NCBI GenBank assembly: GCA_052390515.1
Contig: JBQTGV010000019.1
Span: forward strand, 1-48,974
DNA from: Candidatus Eiseniibacteriota bacterium
GTDB taxonomy: Bacteria > ARS69
DNA length: 48,974 nucleotides
Direction: 5' to 3'
The position numbers and the translations under genes were made by a program. Positions 9,476 through 17,105 of the stretch are shown in pieces (positions within the stretch are counted from its first letter, which is position 1; the number at the start of each line of letters is the position of its first letter). The notes under the pieces were generated by a model that worked only from the letters and a program-made list of their open reading frames with translations, was not told the DNA's origin and did no database searches.

Positions 9476-10956
9476 CCGGCGAGGCGTCGTCCGGTCTCGG
9501 CCACGGCGCGGAACGAAGCGTCGATGTCCTTCGCCTTCGTCCGCTGCGAGCAGATGGACATGCGCAGAGTGACGCGCCCGTGGATGCGCGTCGTCATGAT
9601 CAGCGCCGTGCCCGACCGCTGCACGGCGTCGGCGATTCCCTGGTTCAGCTCGTCGAGCTTCGCGGCGGTGTCCGCGTCGTCGCGGCGGGCGGCCAGAGCG
9701 CGCGGCACGAACCGGAAGCTGTAGAGATAGAGGACGGGCTCGTGCAGCACCTCGAAGTCGGGGTCGGCGCGGACCAGGTCGTGGAGCCGCCTCGTCAGCG
9801 CGCAGCTCCGCGCGAAGGCCTCTCTCAGGCCGCGCGCGCCGAAGGCGCGGAGAGTCATCCACAGCTTCAAGGCGCGGAACCCCCGCGACATTTCGGGACC
9901 GTACTCCAGAAAGTCGACGCCTGCGCTCTCGTCGCGATCGTCCATCCCGCGGAGGTACGGCGCCGTGATCGAGAACGCGCGGCGAAGTCGCTCGGCCTCG
10001 CGGACGAGGACGACGCCGGAGTCGTAGGGTACGCCGAGCCACTTGTGCGGATCGAAGGAGAGCGAGTCGGCGCGTTCGATGCCGGCGAAGAGCGCCTTCG
10101 TCTGCGGCGCCCCGGCGGCGAGGAGCCCGCAGGCTCCGTCGCCGTGGAGCCAGACGCCGTGCTTCCTGCACACGTCGGCGATGGCGCCGAGCGGATCGAC
10201 CGCGCCGACGTTGACCGAGCCGAGCTGCGCGACGACGCAGAACGGGAGATCTCCCTTCGCACGATCCTCGGCGAGCATGCGGTCCAGCGCGCCGACGTCC
10301 ATCGTGAAGTCGGAGCGACTGGGCACGCGGCACACGGTCTTGCGCCCGAGGTTCATCAAGTCGGCTACGCGCGTCACCGAGACGTGTCCCTCGTGGTCGG
10401 TCATGTAGACGAGGAAGCGGCCGGACCTGGCCGGATCCTGGAGTCCCTGCGGAGTCGAGTCGTACGGTGCCGCGTGGCGAAGCGCCGTCGTCAATGCCGT
10501 GAGGTTCGCCATAGTGCCGCCGGTGACGACGATGCCGCCCGCGTCCCGCGGGTAGCCGATGAACCCGGCGATCCAGCGCAAGCATTGCCGCTCGATCTCG
10601 GTCGCGGCAGGGCCGAGCTTCCACGCGCCCGCGTTCGTGTTGACGGACGCGGCGAGCGCGTCCGCCAGGATTCCGACCATGGAACCCGAGCCGTTGACGT
10701 AGGCGAAGTGCCGCGGGGAGCCGACGGCGGTGAGCAACGGCTCGACGCGGACCTTCCAGTCGGCGAGCAGCGCGTCGGCCGATTCGCCTTCCTCGGGCAG
10801 GTCGTCGGTGAAGCGGGCGGCGACCTGCGCGGGCGTCACGTCGGGAAGAACGGCTCGGTCGTCCAGGCCGGCGTGGTAGGCGGCGATCGCATCGATGACC
10901 TCGTGTCCGACGCGGCGGAGGTCGTCGGTGGCGAGGTCGCCGGGGCTCGGGCTCAC
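9472..10956 (-). CDS. Group II PLP-dependent amino-acid decarboxylase
   Basis: GGTMANLTA, WLHGDGACG, ADSLSFDPHKWL (PLP Lys), SRGFRALKLW; GTG start overlaps upstream stop (GTGA). Confidence 0.92.
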   Translation of the reverse strand: MSPSPGDLATDDLRRVGHEVIDAIAAYHAGLDDRAVLPDVTPAQVAARFTDDLPEEGESADALLADWKVRVEPLLTAVGSPRHFAYVNGSGSMVGILADALAASVNTNAGAWKLGPAATEIERQCLRWIAGFIGYPRDAGGIVVTGGTMANLTALTTALRHAAPYDSTPQGLQDPARSGRFLVYMTDHEGHVSVTRVADLMNLGRKTVCRVPSRSDFTMDVGALDRMLAEDRAKGDLPFCVVAQLGSVNVGAVDPLGAIADVCRKHGVWLHGDGACGLLAAGAPQTKALFAGIERADSLSFDPHKWLGVPYDSGVVLVREAERLRRAFSITAPYLRGMDDRDESAGVDFLEYGPEMSRGFRALKLWMTLRAFGARGLREAFARSCALTRRLHDLVRADPDFEVLHEPVLYLYSFRFVPRALAARRDDADTAAKLDELNQGIADAVQRSGTALIMTTRIHGRVTLRMSICSQRTKAKDIDASFRAVAETGRRLAG

Positions 10957-11978
10957 ACGCGGTCCGGTTCGCGATCCACGCCGGTGGCGACACCCGGCAG
11001 GGATCCGCGCAGACTGGCCGACGCCGGGGCGTACTCCCTCGCCCCGTGGTTCACCGGACCGGACCGGATGACGTTGGCGCGCAGCGGGTAGCCGATGATC
11101 TCCTCTGCGCGCCTGCCGTTCTCGATCATCTTCGCCGCATCGATCCCCGTGTCGATGCCCATCTCCTCCAGAAGGCACACGAGGTCCTCGCTGCAGGTGT
11201 TGCCGGTGAAGCCGTGCTGGTACTTGTTGGCGCCGGTGGCGGGCTGGCCGCCGATCGCGCCGAGGGAGGTGTCCACGTAGTGCAGCCCCAGCTCCAGCGC
11301 CGTCACCGAGTTCACGATGCCGTTGCCGCGCGTGTCGTGGAAGTGCGCGATGAACTCGGCATCGGGGAAGAGGTCCAGCAGCTCGCCGACGCGCTCCCTC
11401 ACCGAGAGCGGATTCGCCGCGCCCGTCGTGTCGCCGAGCATGATGGTCTGCGCGCCCTCGTCCAGGTAGAAGCGAGTCAGGTCGACCACGTTGTCCATGG
11501 GGACGTCGCCAGAGATGGGGCAGCCGTACACCGTGCCGGGACAGCCGATGATCCGCACGCCGAGATCGTGCGCCTGCCTCATGATGCCGGCGTGCTCGCG
11601 CTTCGCCTCCTCGTGCGTCATGCGGAAGTTGACGCGGTTGTGCGCCTCGCTGGAAGAGATCATCAGGATGATCTCGTCGGCGCCATAGCCATCGCCCTGA
11701 CATAGGGCGAAGCGCTCGAAGCCCTTCGCGTTCGGCATCAGCACGACGTACGAGACGCCGTCGATGCGATCGATCCGTTTCAGCACCTCCATGCAGTCGG
11801 CGAACTGGGGAAGCAGCTTCGGATGCGAGAAGCTCGTGACCTCCAGCTTCTTCACGCCGGACGCGACGATGCGGTCGATCATCTCGACCTTCGCGTCGGT
11901 GGGGATGACCGTGGGAATGGACTGCAGGCCGTCGCGGGCCCAACACTCGCAGAGAACGACCGTCTCGGGGAACGCCAT
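10953..11978 (-). CDS. HMG-CoA-lyase-like DRE-TIM metallolyase
   Basis: RDGLQ, LGDTTG, HFHDTRG, GNTCSEDL; the usual GGCP loop reads GGQP. Confidence 0.85.
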   Translation of the reverse strand: MAFPETVVLCECWARDGLQSIPTVIPTDAKVEMIDRIVASGVKKLEVTSFSHPKLLPQFADCMEVLKRIDRIDGVSYVVLMPNAKGFERFALCQGDGYGADEIILMISSSEAHNRVNFRMTHEEAKREHAGIMRQAHDLGVRIIGCPGTVYGCPISGDVPMDNVVDLTRFYLDEGAQTIMLGDTTGAANPLSVRERVGELLDLFPDAEFIAHFHDTRGNGIVNSVTALELGLHYVDTSLGAIGGQPATGANKYQHGFTGNTCSEDLVCLLEEMGIDTGIDAAKMIENGRRAEEIIGYPLRANVIRSGPVNHGAREYAPASASLRGSLPGVATGVDREPDRV

Positions 11979-12016
11979 CACGCCCTCGGGTTGGGGGAAG
12001 GCTGCGGGGAGGCCCG

Positions 12017-12075
12017 GTTATAGCGAAGGGACACCCGATCGGCAAGCTTGACACCCGGTGAGGTGGTATTACTCT
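12017..12075. promoter_or_regulatory. Back-to-back sigma70-type promoters
   Basis: Minus: TTGCCG(12045-12040)-N17-TATAAC(12022-12017); plus: TTGACA(12048-12053)-N16-TACTCT(12070-12075). Confidence 0.65.
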
Positions 12076-12107
12076 GCGCTCGCAGGCTCCTTCGGCCAGG
12101 AGGGGGC

Positions 12108-12323
12108 ATGGCAGGTGCGAACGGGCGGCCGGACCGCCACGTGGTGTTCCGCCCGACGGAGGCGGACGTCGAGGGGCTGATCCGGCGAGCGGAGAACTGT
12201 GCGGGCGGCGTCGCGTTCCTCATTCACGGAGCACAGGACGCGGTGGCGGCGGCCTTCGAGGTGCACGCCTTCGTCGTCGACGCGGCCCGGGAGCGGCTCT
12301 CGGCCGCAGTGAAGGTGCGCTGA
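12108..12323 (+). CDS. Small hypothetical protein (71 aa)
   Basis: AGGAGG SD before ATG 12108, own promoter, protein-like composition. Confidence 0.7.
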   Translation: MAGANGRPDRHVVFRPTEADVEGLIRRAENCAGGVAFLIHGAQDAVAAAFEVHAFVVDAARERLSAAVKVR

Positions 12324-12368
12324 GGCGATCGCCCGGCCCGACGTCCGGGGTGTGCGACGCGCGTCGCC

Positions 12369-13337
12369 CTAGAGCGACGGCGACGCTTCGCCGCGCACGA
12401 TCTCGAGCAGCTTGTCGAGATCGATGTTGCCGCCCGAAACGACGCACGCGATGCGTCCGGCTCCGGCTTTCCCCGAGAGCGCCGCCGCGACCGAGGCGGC
12501 ACCGGCTCCCTCGGCGACGGTGCGGTTTCCCTCGAGCAGCAGGCGGAGCGCCCGCTTCACATCGTCGAGCGAGACGACGATCGAGCCGTCCAGCAAGCTC
12601 CGCACGATCGGCCACATGGCTGGCACGACGCTCTTGCCGCCGATGCCGTCGACGAAGCTCGCCGTGTAGGGAACGACGCGCGGCTCTCCCGCCTCGAGCG
12701 AGGCGGCCAGCGGCGCCGCGGTCTCGACCTCGCAGGCGAAGACGCGGACGCCGGGCTTCATCGCCTTGGCCGCCGCGGCGATTCCGCTCGAGAGCCCTCC
12801 GCCTCCATAGGGAACCAGGATGGCGTCCACGTCGGGGAGATCCTCCATGATCTCGAGACCGATCGTCCCGTTCCCGGCGATCACGTCGCTGTCCGCGACG
12901 GGATGAAGGAAGCGACCGAGGACCGCCGGATGCGGGTGTCCCTCGATGAGCCGCCACCAATCGTCGAAGGGCACCCGCACGATCTCGGCACCGAGTTGCT
13001 CCACCGGGTCGGTCTTCGCACGCGGCGCGTGATCGGGAACGATGACGCGACAGCGCACGCCGCGCCGCTTCGCCTCGAGCGCCACCGCACGGGCCATGTT
13101 GCCGGCGCTTGCGGTCGTGACGCCGCCGGCCAGGTCGGCCGGGGACATCTTGCCGAGCGCGCTCGCAGCGCCGCGCGACTTGAAGCAGCCGACCGGCTGC
13201 AGGTTCTCGAGCTTGAGCCAGATCGAACCGTCGCCGCCGCTCAGCGCAACCAGCGGCGAACGGATCGCCGCGCCCGCGATGCGCGCACGGGCTTCCTCCA
13301 CGTCGTTCAGAGTCGGAACAGCGACGCTCAGCTCCAT
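12369..13337 (-). CDS. Ser/Thr dehydratase (fold-type II PLP), no ACT domain
   Basis: LKLENLQPVGCFKSRGA, SAGN, PYGGGGL, VSGGNID; start ATG 13337. Confidence 0.92.
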   Translation of the reverse strand: MELSVAVPTLNDVEEARARIAGAAIRSPLVALSGGDGSIWLKLENLQPVGCFKSRGAASALGKMSPADLAGGVTTASAGNMARAVALEAKRRGVRCRVIVPDHAPRAKTDPVEQLGAEIVRVPFDDWWRLIEGHPHPAVLGRFLHPVADSDVIAGNGTIGLEIMEDLPDVDAILVPYGGGGLSSGIAAAAKAMKPGVRVFACEVETAAPLAASLEAGEPRVVPYTASFVDGIGGKSVVPAMWPIVRSLLDGSIVVSLDDVKRALRLLLEGNRTVAEGAGAASVAAALSGKAGAGRIACVVSGGNIDLDKLLEIVRGEASPSL

Positions 13338-13454
13338 GACAGCATCGTACGCGAAAGGGCGGCCGGCGGGGCTGCCTCCTGCCGCTTCCGATGGCCGCGG
13401 CGGCCCGCTTCTTGCTGGTCTCCCGGGCACGCCCCCGAACCGGGAGGGATGATC

Positions 13455-14015
13455 ATGTCTCTGACCCTTCGTCACCTTGTACTCGGTGCCGCGGCCGCCG
13501 CGCTGCTCGTGGCCAGCCAGGCCCCGCCCGCGGATGCGCTGGGTCTCGGTGCCCGCGGTGCATGGGTAGATCGTACCGACGCGGAAGAAAGCTCCCGCAT
13601 GCTCGGCGCTTTCGTCCGCACCGGCGGGATGATCGGCATCGAGGGAGCCGTCGACTACCGCAACGAAGACCTCGGCTCCGGCGCGGAGATGCGCACGTGG
13701 CCGGTGACGGTGAGCCTCATCGCCTCGCCGATCCCGTTCCTGTACGGACTGGCCGGCGTGGGCTGGTACAACACCACGATCGAGGCACCGGCGCTGCTCG
13801 GAAGCAACGAGGAGACGTCGACCGACTTCGGCTACCACATCGGCGCGGGAGCGCAGCTTCCGGTGATGCCCGCTCTGAGCCTCGTCGGCGACGTGCGCTA
13901 CGCCTACGTCGACTACGAATTCGAGGAGTTCACCGGCTCGGCGTCCGAGCTGGAGAAGGGCAGCTCCGTCTCCGTGAACATCGGCGCGATGCTGCAGATC
14001 CCGCCGACGCCCTAG
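13455..14015 (+). CDS. Small outer-membrane beta-barrel protein
   Basis: Signal peptide, amphipathic strands (LYGLAGVGWY, FGYHIGAGAQL, GDVRYAYVDY); GGGAGG SD. Confidence 0.85.
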   Translation: MSLTLRHLVLGAAAAALLVASQAPPADALGLGARGAWVDRTDAEESSRMLGAFVRTGGMIGIEGAVDYRNEDLGSGAEMRTWPVTVSLIASPIPFLYGLAGVGWYNTTIEAPALLGSNEETSTDFGYHIGAGAQLPVMPALSLVGDVRYAYVDYEFEEFTGSASELEKGSSVSVNIGAMLQIPPTP

Positions 14016-14021
14016 GCAGGC

Positions 14022-15020
14022 TCAGGACTCGCGCCGCCCGCCGAGATCGCACGACGCGCCGGAGTCCTCCGCCTCGGCGCGGCCGTGCAGGAAGTGCGCG
14101 GCGGCGAGATCCTCGACGCCCAGCCCCAGCGACTTGAACAGCGTCACCTCGTCGTCGGAGCGGCGGCCGGGACTGCTTCCGAGCAGCAGGTCGCCGAGCT
14201 CCGCGACGATGTGGTCGTCGCCGACGGCGCCCTCCTTCTTCGGAATGAGGAAGTCGCCGGCCTCGTTCAGCGCCGACTCGCGGCGGTCGACGAAGAGCCG
14301 GGCACGGACCACGGCGGCCGTGTCGAGCTCGCGGGCGGCGGGGAAGCAGGCACCGGCGGCGTTCACGTGTGTCCCGGGCGAGAGCCACGCGCCCTCCAGC
14401 ACCGGCTCCCTGGACGAGGTCGTCGTGCACACGATCTCCGCTCCCTCGACGGCCTCGCGGGCGGTGGCGGCGACTCGGATGACGAAGCCGGGCCTCGCCG
14501 ACTCCCGCTCCGCGAAGCGGCGCGCGTTCGCCCCGTTCCGGCTCCACACCGTCACCGTCGTGACGTCGCGCGCGGCGAGCATGGCCTCGAGGTGGCTCGC
14601 CGCCTGGACGCCGGAGCCGAGGATGGCGACCCGGCCGGCGTCCTTCCGCGCCAGCACGCGCGTGGCCACGCCGCTCACCGCCGCGGTGCGCATGGCGGTG
14701 ACTGAGCTCGCGTCGATGACGGCGAGAAGCCGGCCGTGCTCCGCCTCGAAGAGCAGCACCGCGCCCTGATGGGCATCCCACGGCGTGCCGTGGTTGCCCG
14801 GCATCACCGTGACCACCTTGATGCCGATGCACGGAGGCGTGCCCAGGTACGCGGGCATCAGTCCGAGCAGCCCCGAGCCGTCGGGGATGCGCAGCAGGGA
14901 GCGCAGCGGGTGGAGCGCGTCGCCGCGGGAGAGCGTCTTCAACGCCTCCTCCATCACATCGAGACATTCCCGCAGGGGGAGGAGCCGGCGAACGTCGGCG
15001 TCCGAGAGGATCCGGGTCAC
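14022..15020 (-). CDS. Ornithine cyclodeaminase/mu-crystallin-family protein
   Basis: LMPAY, TAMRTAAVSGVAT, ILGSGVQA, LFKSLGLGVEDLAAA; GTGA overlap with upstream dehydratase. Confidence 0.93.
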   Translation of the reverse strand: MTRILSDADVRRLLPLRECLDVMEEALKTLSRGDALHPLRSLLRIPDGSGLLGLMPAYLGTPPCIGIKVVTVMPGNHGTPWDAHQGAVLLFEAEHGRLLAVIDASSVTAMRTAAVSGVATRVLARKDAGRVAILGSGVQAASHLEAMLAARDVTTVTVWSRNGANARRFAERESARPGFVIRVAATAREAVEGAEIVCTTTSSREPVLEGAWLSPGTHVNAAGACFPAARELDTAAVVRARLFVDRRESALNEAGDFLIPKKEGAVGDDHIVAELGDLLLGSSPGRRSDDEVTLFKSLGLGVEDLAAAHFLHGRAEAEDSGASCDLGGRRES

Positions 15021-16009
15021 GGCGCCGGCTCCCGCGCACGATCCCCAGCCGACCTGCCGGCGAAGAGCGCGCCGCACAGTCGATCCAGGTCCACGTTGCC
15101 GCCGGAGAGGATCGCCACGACGCGGGCTCCCGCCGGCACGGCGATCTTCCCGGCGAGCAGCGCTGCCACCGCCGCCGCGCCGGATGCTTCCACGAGAAGC
15201 TTCGCCCGGCTGAGGAGCAGGCGCATCGCCTCGATCATCTCCGCCTCCGTGAGGAAGGCGATGTCGTCCACCGCCTCGCGGGCGATGGCCAGCGGGAGCG
15301 CGCCGACGAAGGGCGCGGAGAGTCCGTCCGCCAGCGTGGCCGGCCGCGGGGCCGGTACGGGCTTTCCCCCGGCGGGCGCCGGCGCCAGCCCCGGCCCGTC
15401 TTCGAGCTCCACCGCGAAGACCTTCGCATCCGGGCGAAGCTGCTTCACCGCCGACGCGACGCCGCCGATCAGCCCGCCGCCGCCCACCGGCACGACGACC
15501 GCGTCCACCTCCGGCCAGTCCTGCACGATCTCGAGGCCGGCCGTGCCGGCGCCGGCCAGCACCACCGGGTCGTCGAAGGGGTGCACGAAGACGGAGCCGC
15601 GCCGCGCCTCCTCCTGGCGGAGCTTGTCGAAGAGCGTCGTCCGGTCGGCGTGGGGCACGATCTCGGCGCCGTAGCCACGTACCGCTTCGGTCTTCGAGCG
15701 GGGCGCGTCCACCGGCATGACCACGGTGCACTGCGCGCCGACCTGCTTCGCCGCCCAGGCGACGGCGCCGGCATGGTTGCCGGCCGACACGGTGATGATG
15801 CCGCGCCTCCGCTCTGCTTCGCCCAGCGAGAGGATCTTGTTGAGCGCGCCGCGCGCCTTGAACGCGCCGGTCTTCTGGAGGCACTCGCACTTGAGGCGAA
15901 GCTCCACCCCGGCGCGGTCGCCGAGCGTGCGGCTGCCTAGCAGCGGCGTCCGATGCACGCGCCCCGCGATGCGCTCGGCGGCGGCGCGGATCTCGGCCAG
16001 CGGGATCAT
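15017..16009 (-). CDS. Ser/Thr dehydratase (second paralogue), no ACT domain
   Basis: LKCECLQKTGAFKARGA, SAGNHA, PVGGGGL, LSGGNVD. Confidence 0.93.
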   Translation of the reverse strand: MIPLAEIRAAAERIAGRVHRTPLLGSRTLGDRAGVELRLKCECLQKTGAFKARGALNKILSLGEAERRRGIITVSAGNHAGAVAWAAKQVGAQCTVVMPVDAPRSKTEAVRGYGAEIVPHADRTTLFDKLRQEEARRGSVFVHPFDDPVVLAGAGTAGLEIVQDWPEVDAVVVPVGGGGLIGGVASAVKQLRPDAKVFAVELEDGPGLAPAPAGGKPVPAPRPATLADGLSAPFVGALPLAIAREAVDDIAFLTEAEMIEAMRLLLSRAKLLVEASGAAAVAALLAGKIAVPAGARVVAILSGGNVDLDRLCGALFAGRSAGDRAREPAP

Positions 16010-16022
16010 GCGCGCGGTCCGC

Positions 16023-16931
16023 TCACTCCACGCGCTGCAGCGCGTCGCCCGGGCCGGCGAGGTAGCCGAGCCATTCGCCCCACACGTAGGCGAAGGCGAC
16101 GGGCACGAGCAGCGGGAGCGCGGTGAGGAACTTGACGACGCGGTGGCCGGAGGCGAACACGCGCGAGGCGATGCGCGCGAGCAGGAGGAAGGGGAAGAGC
16201 GGTGCCGCGACGAGATAGACGAACCGCTTGACCGGACTCACGATGGCGCGCTGCGTGCCGCCCCAGACGCGGCTCAGCAGATAGCGCTGCTCGATGTAGT
16301 AGCCGAAGTCGAAGGGTCCGGTGTGGTGCGCGCCCATCTTCGGCAGGGAACGGAAGCAGCCGTCCTTCACGAGCCGCGGGTGCAGCACCACCTCCCAGTA
16401 TCCCGTGCCGAGGTGCGCCTCGTGCTTCAGCAGGGCCTCGCGGCGGTACGCGATGTTCGCGCCGTTGAGCAGATAGCGTTCGCCCTCGGGCCAGGGCGGC
16501 AGGTAGTTGTGATACTCGGAGAAGTACACGACCCAGTCCCGCACGCGGCGAAAGTCGTCGTCGAGGATCGGGCCGCCGCAGGCCGCGTCGCCGGGCTGGA
16601 AGCCCTCGCGGATGGCTGCGAGCCAGCCCGCTGGAGCCGTGCAGTGTTCCTCGAGGACGGCGACGATCTCGCTCTTCGCCCGGCGTGCGCCGGCCAGGCG
16701 CAGCTCGGGGACGCTCGGGCGGGAGCCTTGCGCTTCGATCAGCGTCACCCATCCGAAATCCCGGCGCAGGCGCTCCCGCGTGGCTCCGCCGACGCGGTCC
16801 ACGACGATCACCTCGGAACCGTGCTCGGTGGCCTGCGCACGGAGCGAGGCGAGACAGCGGAACAGGAACTCTCCGCCGGCGCCGGAGGCCGTCACCACGC
16901 TCACCCGGGGTCTCACCACTTCGCCCTCCAC
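16023..16931 (-). CDS. GT2-like glycosyltransferase with C-terminal membrane helices
   Basis: PRVSVV, EVIVVD, LEEH at the DxD position, GANIAYRRE; start uncertain by a few codons. Confidence 0.8.
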   Translation of the reverse strand: MEGEVVRPRVSVVTASGAGGEFLFRCLASLRAQATEHGSEVIVVDRVGGATRERLRRDFGWVTLIEAQGSRPSVPELRLAGARRAKSEIVAVLEEHCTAPAGWLAAIREGFQPGDAACGGPILDDDFRRVRDWVVYFSEYHNYLPPWPEGERYLLNGANIAYRREALLKHEAHLGTGYWEVVLHPRLVKDGCFRSLPKMGAHHTGPFDFGYYIEQRYLLSRVWGGTQRAIVSPVKRFVYLVAAPLFPFLLLARIASRVFASGHRVVKFLTALPLLVPVAFAYVWGEWLGYLAGPGDALQRVE

Positions 16932-17105
16932 GGAACGGCCGGAACAGCCGATGGGCGAGGATACACGCCATCCGGCGGGGCGTCATCGCGGCGGTGCAGC
17001 GGTGCGGCGCGGCTCGAACACCCGTGGAGCCGGCAAACGCACGCGCCCCTTGCCGCGAGACCTCCGCGGCCCGAGAATGGCGGCTCCCTCTCGAGGATCC
17101 GGACG

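Noticed and set aside
9472-12054. 860-aa ORF suggesting a lyase-decarboxylase fusion
   Set aside because: The N-terminal extension is an Arg-rich off-frame reading of the lyase gene; the real start is GTG 10956
12369-16009. Serine racemase or IlvA assignment for the PLP enzymes
   Set aside because: SAGN rather than the racemase SSGN, and no regulatory ACT domains
17030-17060. GGCAAAC as a c-di-GMP-I riboswitch
   Set aside because: No following GAAA-capped P2 stem or GCAAAG/P3 elements
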